Assembly (NCBI GenBank): GCA_964106645.2
Contig: OZ067051.1
Length of the DNA stretch: 64,000 bases
Strand: one strand, 5' to 3'
Source of the DNA: Podarcis pityusensis
Lineage: Eukaryota
Shown here: in pieces, positions 13,681-27,719 of the stretch
How positions within the stretch are numbered: position 1 is the first letter of the stretch
Layout: every line of letters begins with the position of its first letter
Position numbers and translations under genes: made by a program
The notes under the pieces: generated by a model
What the model was told of the DNA's origin: nothing
The model's database searches: none
The model's input: the letters and a program-made list of their open reading frames with translations, nothing else

Positions 13681-14749
13681 AATCCGCATAAGGGTGGCTG
13701 ATGTGGTCTAAACTAAAGTAGTGAAATTACATCAATGATGGCATTAGCCTCATTTTTGTTTGTTTGTTTGATGTAGGGTGTGTCTGGAGTCACCCTCATT
13801 TTGGAACAGCAGGCATTGGCAGTGTATAGAAATACACTTTAATGAATGAAATCTGGGAAGAAGGCTGTAACATTCTTTCTTGGGGTGGGGTCAAGCTAGT
13901 GACAGCTCTTCATGACATCATAGCATTGAGGCTAGACTGTTGCAGTTGGCTTGATGGAGTGGCACTTTATACACTGTTTGAGAACTATATTTGATACAGA
14001 CCAGGGTATCATTGCTTTCTGCAGTATCAGTTGATGTCAGTAGTGTGGATTTTTTTTTGGGGGGGGGTGTTCTGTCCAGAAAGAATCGAGATCTGATTTA
14101 GTGTATTTCCCCCCCTAAATATCTATTTTTCAATTTGATTCTAAATATCTGGAAACATTTTCCAGTAGCCAAAAGTAACTGAGATACTTGTTTAGAAAAT
14201 AGATAGATAGTGCACTTAGTGGTTTAAGCATTGTATTCAAAGCTCTACTTAGAAATTGTTTCTGTTGGGGTGTTTAGAAATATTTCAAAATGGTAATTAG
14301 AGTTTAAGAAAAATGTGAAGATGTTAAGAACCCTTAAGATGCTGACTTAAATCATACCTGAACATCTAAAGACATAATATAATATTTCTGGAAATTTTGG
14401 AATCACTGAGAATTTTTCCCCCCCTGGGGGCTGAAAACCAGAAATGTATACATTACTTTGTTAGCTAATCTTCACTAACAATATATGTAACTTACCTAGA
14501 ATATTCAGTTATACTAGTATATTTATGACATTTACAGAGCAATCCGATGCATGTTTACTCAAAAGGAAGATCTGCTCTGTTTAGTGGTGAGTGTACATAG
14601 GATTGTAGCCTCAAAGGTATAGTGTCTTGGGCTGCAATCCTGTACCCACATAGCTGGCAGTAAACTCCATTGAATTCAGTGGGGTTTACTTCTGAAAAGA
14701 CATGTATAGCCTTCTTGTTAGTTTTGTAGCAAGATGTTTATGTAGTAAA

Positions 14750-15926
14750 GGGATGTGGGTGGTGCTGTGGTCTAAACTACTGAGCCTCTTGGGCTTGCAG
14801 ATCAGAAAGTCAGCAGTTCAAATCCATGCAATGGTGAGCTCCTGTTGCTCTGTCCTAGCTTCTGCCAACCTAGCAGTTCAAAAGCACATGACTGCAACTA
14901 AATAAATACCGTATTTTTTGCACCACAACACTCACTTTTTTCCTCCTAGAAAGTAAGGGGAAATGTCTGTGCGTGTTATGGAGCGAATGCCTATGGATGG
15001 CGGGGGGATCTGCTGCAGTCGTGAGCAGAGGATCCATGGTTCCCCTTCCCTCCTCCGTGGCTCGCTTTGAAACAGCAAAGCGGGAGAAGAGCTGCTGAGT
15101 GGGGGGGGGGAGAGGGACAGAGAGCCTGCTTGCTTTAAAGGAGCAAAGCGGGAGAGGAGAGGAGCCTTCTCCTCTTATACCCCTCTTCTTCATTATTAGC
15201 AGCATCCTTCTCCACCCACCCCACGCGTGCTTCTTCTCCCCTTAAACCCCTCTCTTACATTATTAGCAGCATCCTTCTCTACCCACCCCACGCGTGCTCC
15301 TTGTCCCTTGAGTGCTTTTCCTTCCCTCCCCACTTAAAACGTGGTTACAAAGCACGGATCCACATGGATCCTCAGGATCTTTGCATTGGGTCACCCCAAA
15401 TTCACCATCAGATCACATAGCATGTCCATGGCTACATCTTGCACCAAAAAAAGCACGCACCCACTGTTGCCTGGGGCCGCAGTGGTGCAAAAACGTGGTT
15501 ACAAAGCATGGATCCACATGGATCCTCAGGATTTTTGCATTGGGCTACCCCAAACTCACCGTCAGATCACATGTCTGTGGCCACAGCATGAACCACAAAA
15601 ATCATACATCCAGTGTTTCGTTTAGAATATTTTTTTTCTTGTTTTCCTCCTCTAAAAACTATGTGCGTGTTATGGTCGGGTGCGTGTTATAGAGCGAAAA
15701 ATACGGTAGGTACCGCTGCAGCGGGGAGGTAAACAGCATTTCCGTGTGCTCTGGCACTCGTCACGGTGTCCTGTTGCACCAGAAGCAGTTTAATCATGCC
15801 GGCCACATGACCTGGAAAGCTGTTTGCAGACAAACACTGGCTCCTTCAGCCGGAAAGCAAGATGAGCGCTGCAGCCCATAGTTGTCTTTGATTGGACTTA
15901 ACCGTCCTTTGCCTTTATCTGTACCT
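14750..15926 (+). mobile_element. Sauria SINE, interrupted by a MITE at 14909-15706
   Basis: tRNA-like head (gtggtgctgtggtctaaa...gttcaaatcc), body ccaacctagcagttc / ggtaccgct / catgacc, and (cctt)-like tail. Confidence 0.85.
14909..15706. mobile_element. TcMar (Tc2-like) non-autonomous element
   Basis: TIRs CCGTATTTTTyGC...; TA duplications at 14907-14908 and 15707-15708; two internal direct repeats. Confidence 0.88.
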
Positions 15927-17756
15927 ATGTAATAGTAGTTTGAGTAGAGAGGTGAAAAGGTTGACCACAAGGGAAGAGCCAGGTCAGTAGAGCAGCTTTT
16001 AGAATATTCAAACCTAAATCAAAAGAAGGCAAAGATCAATTTGCAAACAGCAAAGGGATGGTAGTATAAAGATGGCAGCACTTCTAGGTATAGAGATGTA
16101 TATTGGACTTGAATGTTGCATGTGTCTGTAGTAAACACAAACTGTCATGCTCTAAGGTTGTAGAGTAAAAAAGTACTCATACCATTCAGTTTGAGTAAGG
16201 AAAACATTGCTTTAAAAAGTATCTCATTTTTTTTTTAAAATGCCAAATATATATTCCCCCACCAAAATGCCATCTTTTTCAACTAGGAAACCGGGTGGGT
16301 GGGAAGGCCTAGGAAAAAAGTCCTGTTTCTCCCCACCCCAATTTCAGGGTTTACCACATTGTATGCAATCTAATAGACTTAGGCAGCCATGTCTGGGCTG
16401 AGATTATTTTCTAGGTGACTTGCTGTGCCCCAGAGATTCTGCAGCAAAGTGGCAGTTGGATCGTCTGGGAACTGGGAGAGAAGCATGTAACATTTTTGTT
16501 CCCTCAGCACCTCGTGCATCAGCCACTAGGGCTGAGGCAGATAGAAACATCGGCAGCAACCACCCAGTGGGAAGTGGTGGTCTGTGTGGAACTGACTTCT
16601 AGCTGCTTCAGCCATCAGTTCTAGGCCAGGAGATTGCAGAATGGCATTTGTTGTAACATACAGAACAAGGGGATTTAATAAAAACACCCCTTTGTCTGCT
16701 GTAGTTTCTATTGTGTCAATGTTTATTTCATTATGTTTTAAATACATGGTAAACCATCTCAAGAACTTCAGTTAGTAAGTGGGGTATACTTAATAATATA
16801 AATATAGATATATACATGCTTCCTATGAATAGTCACCTGAAACAGCTAGGCACAACTTTACTGTTCAGTTTTTCTTTTATCCATCCCTGCTACCTTCTGT
16901 GACTTTATTCATATTGTGAGTGAATTTTTAGCTCTCCATGTATAAATGTCAATAAGTGGTTTTTATCTCAAGCTCCTCTGAAGAAAGGCAGGATATTAGT
17001 ATTTTAAATAAATATGAGTGATGTGTTTGTTTGTTTGTTGTATTAAAATGTTATGAGACATTGCATTCTAAAAGTAGGTGGAATTTCTAGCCTACAATAA
17101 TTAGTTGCTGGGAGCAAATTATATTGGTGCATCATTCTTCAATTCCTAGTTACTGCCTGTGAGTAGTATCTGACAAGCAAAACATGGACTTGGCTTTTAC
17201 AAGCTGAAGAAAGCACAATATTCTCTGTGTGCTACTGTAATCTTCAGATTGACAGCAGGCTCACATAAATTTTCTGTTCCCTGGAAGATTGCCAAGGGTG
17301 GGCTGGCTTCTGAAGCCATCAACAAACTTCTATTATGATGGGACTTGCAAATTTTTTTAACATGTTTTTACTCTGGGTTAAAAATGTGATTGTTGGTTTG
17401 CATTGTATCTACATAATACTTGTTTCATCTTTGAATATTGTACTTATGGCTTTTTTAGTTTAATATATTTATAAATGTTAAAGTTTAAAAATTTGCAATG
17501 GGGATTGCCTTGGAACCATAAATAATCTGTTCTATATTCATTGGAGGAAGAGAATGGGTATAATAATTATAGTAGGACAAATTATTTGTTTATTTTGGCT
17601 TTTGAAACTTCGGTTTTGAGTTGCATCTGACACTTGAAGGAAGTACTTGAACCTGAGATTGTGTCTAATGTCATGAGGTCTCTGGGAGACCTTTAGGTGG
17701 GTCTTCATTATTTTTCTGGAGAATTCAGTAGTTGTCTTTTTAGAAAGCATTTAAAG

Positions 17757-17896
17757 CAGTGGTAGCTAAACTACAACCCTCCAGATATTGTTGGACTCCT
17801 AATTGCCATCCGTCCCAGCCATTATGGCCAATGGTCAGCGATGCTGAGAGCTGTAGTCCAGCAACATCTGGAGTGCCATTGATTAGACATACCTGT
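17757..17896. mobile_element. Old hAT-type MITE (URR1-like)
   Basis: ccagatattgttggact...tgtagtccagcaacatctgg inverted core. Related copies near 6524-6640, 53168-53280 and 57010-57147. Confidence 0.6.
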
Positions 17897-18057
17897 TTCA
17901 GAGAGACCTTGGGTTGTGCTGAATATTTCCATGGGAAAATTTAAAGAGAGTTGTAGATAAGCCAACTTGTTACCATGTCAAAAGATAAAAAAGAGTCTGT
18001 CTGCCTCTAACCCTTGTCTTTTCTTGGTGATGAATGCTGCTTATGACTCAGCCACTA

Positions 18058-18251
18058 CAGTGGTACCTCAGGTCTGCGCATGCGCGGGTTGCGATTCGCC
18101 GCTTCCGTGCATGCGCGTGATGTCATTTTGACCATCTGCACATGCACGAGCGGCGAAACCCGGAAGTAATGCGTTCTGTTACTTCCGGGTTGCTGCAGAG
18201 CGCAACCTGAAAGCGCTCAACCTGAAGCAACTTCAACCCGAGGTATGACTG
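18058..18251. mobile_element. TcMar-Tigger-like MITE (internally deleted)
   Basis: TA|CAGTGGTACCTC ... GAGGTATGACTG|TA; same family as 49060-49304. Confidence 0.85.
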
Positions 18252-19327
18252 TATTAGTAATTGCTTCACTCTCTAGTCTGGTGTAAGCATGCATCAGTTT
18301 CTAACTTTGAACATATTCTTTTGAAAGTTTAGTTTATCTTAGCATTTTGTGAGTGACACAATGATTTTTGGCTAACCGTAATGGTCAATTTCTTTTCTTG
18401 CAGCAAGGATGAGATAATTGATGATTTTATGACTTGAATGAATGTTTTGTATCTCTACATTTAGAAAACAAAGCTGTGGTTACAAACACAACATTCAAAA
18501 GCATAAAGGACATACTTTTGGTGAAGATGTTAACTGAATACTAAGGAAAAGAAACAAAACAAGCTTTTGTTACATTTTATAATGTGGCGCTATGTATGAG
18601 CTAACCATGCTTCTAAATGTATCCAATTTGTAGAACTTGTTAGGTTTTTACATGTTGTGGGGATGGTATGGGAGCTGTGCTGAAGAAAGAAAAGTCTTAA
18701 CATTTTCTAAATAAAACAGAAAAATTTCATTATCTGCTAGGTCCAAGGGTCCCTTTTGATCATACTATCAAGCTTATCTGGATTTGTAAGCGCATTGGTT
18801 TTTTAAAGGATTTGAGTAATTTTAATATCTTTGCTGTTTTTTTTCGTAATAACCAGCCTTATATAACCAATGTGCTTGAAGTTTGATTAATACACGAATG
18901 GGTTAATGCCACAGAGTAAGCTGTCTTGCCAGGCTTAGCTAGGTCACTCCCCCTCACTTTGAGAGGAAAGTAATCAAGTCCTTTGTTCTCCTTCAGTCTA
19001 CTTGAAAAGCTCAAGGTGATGTGGTATAAACTGATTGCTCCAAGTTCAGACCGCATGGCTTTTAAAAGCTATTATTGAGTTCTATACCAATAATTCAGAA
19101 ACTTTCACCACTGTAACTAAGCCAAGTTTTACCGCCTCTCTTTTCTTACTGATGTATGGAAAAGCACATGAACCTGACCTGCAAAGAGTTTGTAAGTAAA
19201 TCATTTTTAACTTACATGTGGTCTTTTTCTATGCTAGAGGAAGAGGGTAATTTTGGAAGGAACTCACAAGGGCATTTTGAAAGGTCTAATGGCCTATATT
19301 TCCATGATTTCCTTTGCTGCATATTTT

Positions 19328-20388
19328 CATAGAATTGTAGAGTTGGAAAGGACCCAAGGGTCATCTAGTCCAACCCCCTGTGATGCAGGACTCTTAGCTA
19401 AAGCATCCATGACAGATGGCCATCCAAACTCTGTTTCAAAACGTTCAAGGAAGGAGAGACCAACACCTCTTGTAGGAGTCTGTTCCACTGCTGAACAGCT
19501 GTTACTGTCAGAAAGTTTTTCCTTTCTTGTAATTTGAAACCATTGGATAGAGTCATCTCCTCCAGAGCAGGAGAAAACAAGCATGCTCCCTCTTTCATGT
19601 GACAGGCCTTAAGATATTTGAAGACTATCATTTCTCCTCTCAGTCTCCTCTTGAGCCTGGAAAAGTGGAGACTTGAGAGGAGAAATGATAGTATGTTTAG
19701 CCTGGAAAGACCCAGCTCCTTCAAGCGTTCCTCATAAGGCTTAGTTTCTAGAGCCCTTGATCATCTTGGTTGCCTTTCTCTGCATATGTTCCATCTTGTC
19801 AATATCCAATCTGTTCAGGTCATTTTGAATTCTGACAGTCTTCTGCAGCATTAGCTACCCCTCCCAGTTTGCTGTCATCTGCAAATTGGATGAACATCCC
19901 CTCAATTCCTTCATCCAAGTCATTTATAAAGATGTTGAACAACAATGGGCCCAGGACAGAACCCTGCAGCACCCCACTTGTCACTATTTCCCAGGATTAT
20001 GAGGAACCATTAATGAGTACTTACTGGGTTTGGTCAGTCAACCAGCTACAGATCCACCTAACAGTCATCTTACTCAACCCACATTTTACCAGTTTCCTCA
20101 TGAGAATATCATGGGGGAATTTGTCAAAAGCCTTACTGAAATCAAGATACACTATGTCTACAGCATTTCCCTGATCCACCAAGTTTGTAATTCCATCAAA
20201 AGAGATCAGATTGGTTTGACATGACTTATTTTTGAGAAACCCATGCTGGGTCTTGGTAATCACAGCTTCCTTTCCTAAATGCTCACAGACTGACAGTTGG
20301 ATTATCTGTTCTAGGACCTTCCATGGTATTAATGTCAATCTCACAGGTCGGTAGTTACCTGGGTCTTCCTTTTTCCGTTTTTTGAAGA
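19328..20388 (-). mobile_element. CR1 LINE, 5'-truncated, with RT fragment
   Basis: Minus ORF QHGFLKNKSCQTNLISF...AVDIVYLDFSKAFDKFPH (RT). CR1 3' end catagaattgtagagttgg. Confidence 0.93.
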
Positions 20389-23300
20389 TTTGATTTTAAA
20401 TCTCTGCTCAGGTTCTCTCGACAAAGAGTACTTGTCCCAAACCTGGGTATTGGCATCCAAGGAATTCTCCCTTTATATACCTTTTTATTTTCCTTGCCAA
20501 CCAACAGTTTTTGCATTTAACTTGGATTTAATTTTATCACTATTGTTGTTTTTATTCTTTTAAATCTATTTTTGCAGTATTGTAAAACATCTAGAATGTC
20601 TAATGAGACAAATGGGTGATGTATAAACATAAAGTGCTGCTCTGCTTTAAGGAAGGGGCCTGGGGAAATTAAAAGTTAGTTTCAAATGTGCTTGTTGCAG
20701 GATACCACTATTGCAATGGCATTATGTGTGTTGCTTCACAAGAATGTTGGCTCATTTTGTCAGGAAAGGAAGGCTAGAACAAAGCACACTTGAAAGTTCC
20801 CACCAACGCTCCCCGCCCCCCGGGCCATCTTTTAAATTGATGTGGGAATGTCTCTCACTACACTGGTACAAGACCTCCAGAAATCTTCCTTGTATAGAGC
20901 CATATGTCATATGCAAATGCAGTAAAAAATTGTTGATTAATGACCTCACCTTGAAAGTTATTTTGCAGCTCCTACTAATGGAGCTGTGATGATAAATAGA
21001 AATTGACAGCTGCCAATTTCAAGTGATAAAATTGACTGCTAAAATTTAAGATTCTTTCTTTGGAGCCTCTGAGATCAGAGATGTTTGAATATGACACTCT
21101 TTCTGGCGGCATATGCAGTGACAAGAAAAGGCTCCAAATTTAAAAAGTGCTGAATTTTGCCTGCAAAGTAAGAATCTTAGGATTGTGCTCCTAGTTTTCC
21201 TTCCTTTGCAGCCATTCACTGAACATGAATGTGATACCATACCTGGGAAATGTGGCGGAACTTCACCCCAAGCAACCTGGAAGCCCAACCTCCAATGCCT
21301 GATGGGCCTAAATAGGATTGTGGCAGTTGTGGTTGGTGGGGTGGTACAGGTAGGGTGCCATTGCTCTTTTCCCTTCTAAACACTGAGTGTCTTCAGTTCC
21401 TCAGAGGGAGAGCTGTGGGGAGTTCAGTGTGTTGTGACATGCTGCCAATCCAACACGTCTGTCACCATTCCTGCAGTGTAGTGAGCTTCCTGTGACTCCC
21501 TTTCAGTAACGGGCAGCAATGCTTAGTGTTCGGAAGCAACAGTGCCCTACCTGTGTGCCATACTCAGTACTACCAACCAGTGGCATGGAAGTTCCTCACC
21601 AGTGCTGTAGATGTCCCTCTTAAATTATATCTTATAAACATCTCAAAAGTGTGTCTTTACGAGTTCAGGTTTATCGTATCCAGTGATATCCCTAAGTTCC
21701 AGCAGATCCTGCAATAGAAGCTGGATTTTACCTTTTAGAGCCCTAAAAGGTCTTGATTTAACACTGTTGCCAACCCAAGTCATCCTGTCAGTTGAGATGC
21801 TAGAGGGCCCTCAACGGATGTGATCTTGGACAGGAGCTGTTTGGGCTATAAACTGGAACTGTATCTTCCAGCTCCTACTTTATGGGAGTCTCTCCCAGTG
21901 AAGCTTGCTGATAGCTGTTCAACACTGTGAACCTTTATACAATCTTTATAAAACTGGTCAAAACTGGCTTATTTACCTTATGTTTTGTTTGTATTTAATT
22001 GTTACTGTTCTTGTTCTACAATAAAAGGGTTGGAGTTTGAGAATAATATACAGGAGGCAACCATTTTGCATAGGTGTTTTATTCTAGGGCATAGAATATT
22101 TTTTTCAGGCACCTTTTCCAGCCAGCTACTATTACCATAACGCAGAAGATTCATGTTAATACAACAATTGAGGAGTCTTTCTTCAAGTTACAATTAACCT
22201 TATTATATTAAACTGAAAACATGAAATTTAGACATTAATACTTATAAACCTTGTTACAGTTAAATGTAATCAAATGAATTTATATGCTTGATCAATATTA
22301 TATGCATATATTCTTTTATAAAGTCATGGTGTTTAAAACCTTTGCAGCCAAGTAGGCACAACAAACTGCTTGTCAGGTGGGAAAAATATTCCCAAATCAA
22401 TTTCCTCTGGAAAACAGCCTCGTCCATTGTTATCTTCTGAAGTTAATGGATTAAATTCACTTTGACAGTTGGAGACATGTACCAGTGTCTTGCCTGTGGC
22501 CATGATCTAATAATCATGGATATGGTAACAAGTTGTCTAAAGATTCTGTGATCAAGGTGTTGTTGGGTTTGTTTTTGACAAATATATTCTGCTTTCAAAA
22601 ACGGGATTTGGCTAATGAGAATGTATTGCTCATTTTTTATTCTACATAAAAGAGGAGTGGTGGTAGAACTAGTCTTAAAAAATGAAGGGATTGACTCAGT
22701 GGATTGGGTCCAGATTCCAGATTAAGTCAGTTGTAATTGAATCCCATTGAAATCTTCTAACTTAGCCTGGATCCAGCCTAATGAGTTCTCCTTAGCTTGT
22801 TATTGGGGGATGAAGTTTAGAGGCAGAAGAAGTCTCATTTAATGACACTGTGAGCCAAGACTGACCAGAAAGTAGGTGGAAAAAATGAAAGACATTGCAC
22901 ACAGTTGACCTTTTAATAGAGAGAGTGAGAGATTAATGATTTGGAAGATGCCTCCATGGTAACTTAAAAGTGGTTGAATCGCATTGGAAGTGAAGTTGGA
23001 CAACTGTCCAACTGCTTCTTGGGATTAACCACATCCGCTTCTTAGTCTGCATCTCTCATTTAATTTTAATTTATAATACTTTGTTTAACAATATGAAAGA
23101 ACTCAAACATTTTAAGAGAATAGCAATTTATTGGTAACTTTCAAATCTGTTAATTGACCAGCTATTTTCTATAGGTATATTTTCTATAGTTTGTATAGTC
23201 AGCTTCATTTTACACAAATTCTGAAGCCATATTGCTGTTATGGAAATGGGTGGGAATTTTTTTGCCTTTTATAAAGTAAATGTTATAGTAGGGTTTCCGT

Positions 23301-24521
23301 TCTGCAAATGCTTCTGTGAATTCATAAAAGCCATGGTATCTCAAAACCAAGCAAGTATGTGAGGATTGTTCATAGGTGAGAATATCGAAAGCCAGCTTTC
23401 ATAATGACTTTTACTTGGTTGCAGTGCTGTTCTTTTGATTAGTGATAAAATCAGTTATTGTCACTGATCTACTGTCTGTGATCCTGTGTAGAGAAACACA
23501 TGCGTCTGCTTTTAAAAAAAGCTGCCTCCCAGATCAACTGGTTCCCCCCCGATGGTGAGATTCTTAAATGCTATAACTCGTATGTGAAGAGTTAAGTGAA
23601 AATTATTATATTTTGTTCTGTTTGGCTCAATAGTTGCATGGTTTCTTACATATGTTCCATAATTTGTACAGTTCCATAACTTGTACAGTTAACTCCTGCC
23701 CTCACTACCTGTCCCAGCTCTACTGTCTCAAGCAGAATTGTCATTGATAAACCAATAAATTAGATGACTAGTTTCAGTCTTGTCAGATAAACAGCGTTTT
23801 AGAATCTGTGGTGAGTTTCTTTTTCTATGAATTACCCTAGCATGGGTAATTATAGAGAGGGCATATTCAATACCCATTTTTGGTAGGTGGCGCTGCCTCT
23901 AGGTATGTAGAAATGAAAGGATCCACCTTCAGTTATAGGTCCCTCCTTGCATTTTTCCTCTTTTTCTTTTTTCTTTAATAAATTTGCATTCTAATTTTTT
24001 TTTTCTTTTTACACCTGTATGTATATGATATGTTAAAAACCTTGGTGGGAAATACAAACTTAAAAAATAATGTGTCTGGTGAGCCACCATCTCAGCTTTC
24101 CTAATGTGAATTAAATTCTGCTATTTTAAAGAATAAAATTATTTCCTTTTCATTATATTAGTGCTCTACATTTGTATTGGGGGCTTTTGTAGTACTGTTA
24201 TTTTTCATATTGCTTCCAACTTGCTTAATCCACAGTTATTGCATAATTGTTCTTGATATTATTTTCTTCACTTGTTTTGGAAAACAAATCCCCTTACTCT
24301 AACTTGACCTTGAGAGTCACCGGTAAATAAAGTCAGTTCATAAAGCTGTTGGCAATATTATCCTGTCACTTTCCCCTCATGTCTTTTGCAAAGGCCTCAG
24401 CGATTACCCTGTTAAGCATTAAATTCTAACAGTGTAACTTTATTTCATAATTCAAAATACCCTCCCCTCAAAATTGTGTTAAATTTTTGTCATGGTTACA
24501 GTTAGACACATACTGTAACTA

Positions 24522-24690
24522 CTGCACTTTTCCGTGTATAAGACTAGGTTTCGCCCCTAAAAAATGATATCCAAAATTTGGGAGCGTCTTATACATGGAT
24601 AGATCCCCCCCCCACATTTTCTGAAATCAGAGTCCCCCAAAATAGCGGGCGTCTTATACATGGGGGTGTCTTATAGACGGAAAAATATGG
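24522..24690. mobile_element. Short TcMar Tc2-like MITE
   Basis: Ends ctgcacttttccgtgtataagac / gtcttatagacggaaaaatatgg, plus repeated gtcttatac subterminal motifs. Confidence 0.7.
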
Positions 24691-25118
24691 CATATTGCTT
24701 TGCTGGTGCCTTTTCTATAAATGCAATCTACAGTAATAGTAGTTACAGCTTTAGAATGAACGTATGTGGGAAATAGAATATAATATATTTGAAATTTGAC
24801 TACATCAGATCGGGATGAATGGCTTCTAGTCCTTTTAACACTAGAAAGGATTTGGCATGCACCACATTTCAGCACATCTGTCTTGGTGTCAGTGTTACTC
24901 CAACCTCACACTTGTGTTAGTTATGTATGGCACTGGAGTAGCTTTGAATTGGGTTAACTTGCTGGTGAGTTTCAGGACAAAGCCATGGTAGTAAGTAAAT
25001 GTATTTTGATGAACACAGTCCTTGCACAGCTGCCTAGTCACTGCTAATGTTACCTTGTGTGGCATGCATGATTTTTATACTAAAATGCATAGGAAGCCAG
25101 TTGGAAGGTGCTCGCATG

Positions 25119-27288
25119 GACTTCCGGGGTGGCGCCATCAGTAATGGCGGACTCCCTCTGATCTGGAGGGACCAGCTCCACGGGAAACGGGTCTTTTCCA
25201 CTACAGCGAAGCGGGGACCCATTCAAAAATCACAGGCGGATGAAGCCTGTGACCATGGGACTCGGCGGGCACCTTTAGCGCCCCCCCAACCCGCAAAGGA
25301 ACCCACTAATGGGCTCCGGAGCGAAGAGGGGGAAGTGGCGCGGTGCTGAGAGTCAACTGCTTCTTCCGTTGCCGGAGAGCGCTGCCTTTTTCCTGGGACA
25401 ATTTGGCTTTTAAAACAATCACCCGTGAGTACTTAAATTTCGGACAATTGGACTTTAAATAAGGATTTGTGAGCTGAAAGGAAAATTGGACTTAAAAGTT
25501 TATTTCAATTTGACATTGAAACGGGAAGGTCTAAACAGGAAGTCAGCCTTCCGTTTCTTTGTAGATAGATTAAAGCAAAGACATGGCAAACTAGAGTTCT
25601 GAAAATCGCTTGTAAAGGATCAACTTTCATCATTTTAAATTGTTGAACCCCCTTCGGAAGCAGGAGAAGAGGGGGGATTTTTTTCGGACTGTTTAAACCT
25701 GCAGAAGTGAGTGTAAAGCAAAGTAACTTTCCACCGTCTTGATCCTGGAGCGGGGTGTCAGGACTGACGTTTTTTGAAGCTCATTGACCAGAGACAAACG
25801 TTTCTGACAGATAGCTAAAAGAAGAGAAACATAGTGACTCCATTGTTCCCCTTCGCATCTTAAAGGAACAAATATTGACAAAATATCTGAAAAAGGAAAC
25901 TTTGTTGTTAGATCTGTTTTTAAAAGAAAAGAACAAACAGAAGTTCTTCCCCTAGAGGGAGCCTGTGAAACTGTAACCAATTCTGAATTGGGGAGCTCGC
26001 AGCTGTTACAGATTACGATCGTGGGAATAGACTTCTGACCTTGCAGGACAATGTATTCAGAAGCTCTGTTGTGTGTTTTCTGTAAAACAAGTGCCCTACT
26101 GGAACAGCTACATGAGAAGACGGATTTTATGACTGACGCGATCAGAAATTTTGGACAGGCAGTGGGAAATTATATAGAGCCCACCCAGGAATCAGATCAG
26201 GAGTGTGCCCTGACAGAACAGATGAAGGAAGAGGATGTTTCTGAATCTTGGGCGCCAGAGATGGAGGGAGCTGTGGCCCAGCAGGAACACAAATTCTTGG
26301 ATTTGACAAATGAACTTGGTAAAAGCCAGATTTGGAAAGATAAAGTTTGGTTGGGTTTGGAAATGGGGGGTTGGATAGACCCCCCTATGCAGGGAGGTTT
26401 GGACTTTTCAAGTCTGGCAATGGGCCGTGAGATATTTGGGGTTGTGGGGGCTCTTAATTTTGGAGGGACTTTGAAACATGTTCTTAAATACCACATGGAG
26501 CTTAGTCTGGACTATGGAAAAGGGGCTGATTTGTCGAGATGGGTCAAAAGCATTGTCAAGCTGGAGTTCCCAAGAGTGAAAGGAGCAGGAGATAAAGGAA
26601 AATACAGCTATAAATATGAAGAAGAGCTGCGGAAGGGACATGGAAGGGACTTAAGGGCCTCGGACATAAGATTGCCAGGTTAATGCGCTAGATTGATGAG
26701 ATAGAAAGGACTGACAAAACCCGGGACCAGGAGGAAGAGACGCTGGATGAAGATTGGATTGTTTCTTTTTTGTTACTTTTTTATTAGGATTGTTTTATAA
26801 AATTGATGAATGTTAGAAAAATGTTGGAACGAAATTATTTGGCTTTAGCAAAAATGTTTAAAGAATTATGTAAGAATATTATGGTTATGAGAAATTGGTA
26901 AAAATAAGATTTAAGTTTTAAGCTTTAAGGTTTTTATAGTAAGATAAGATTAAAATAGAGTAAGGTAAAGTAATGACAGAATATTATGAAGTATGGAAAG
27001 GATTTGCTGCAACAATTAATAACCAGGATACAAAAAAAGGGAGGAGGAGGAGGTCAAAGAAAGAAGGTAATGACAGTTAAGGATTTGAGAATATTGGATT
27101 TGTTTTTAAATGTTTGTGGTATATTTTTATTTTTTGAGCGTGTTGTGTTATTTTTTGATTTTTATTTTTATTAATGTGTATTGTTTGACTGTGGTTTGTT
27201 TTTTCTTTGTTTTTTCTTTCTCTTTTTCTTTTTTGTTTTCTTTTGTAATTCAAAAATTTTCAATAAATATCATTTAAAAAAAAAAAAA
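25119..27288 (+). mobile_element. Full-length non-autonomous L1-type retroelement (2.17 kb) carrying a 210-aa ORF at 26051-26683
   Basis: 16-bp TSD GGAAGGTGCTCGCATG (25103-25118, 27289-27304). CpG-rich 5' end GACTTCCGG...AATGGCGG, T-rich 3' UTR, AATAAA and poly(A). No RT or endonuclease sequence seen. Confidence 0.88.
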
Positions 27289-27719
27289 GGAAGGTGCTCG
27301 CATGACACAGAAAATACACCACAGAAGTAATAATTCAGCATTATAATAGTTAAGCTTCCAGGTTCTAAGCAGAAGCAGGAGTGCTTTTTAAAGAATGGTA
27401 AGTTCTACGGGTATAAAATGTCTTTACAGTGCCACTGTTTGCTAGATCTGTTAAACTACCAAAGATATAAAGTATGGTTCTCTAGATTTAGAAATATTTA
27501 TATTGTACATTTTACAGTGTTAGCTTCCTATAATTGGTTTTAGTTAAGTACCAACCCCCATTCACATTTTTAAAACCAACCTTTATGGAGATTTTACATG
27601 AGTTTGAAAGTAAAAATAAATTTAATAGCTGATTTTAAAGGCAAACTCCACTACAGATGAATCTCAAGCGGTGTCCACAGCACTGTCCTATCCTGTTGTG
27701 TTGGATTAGTTTCCATTAG

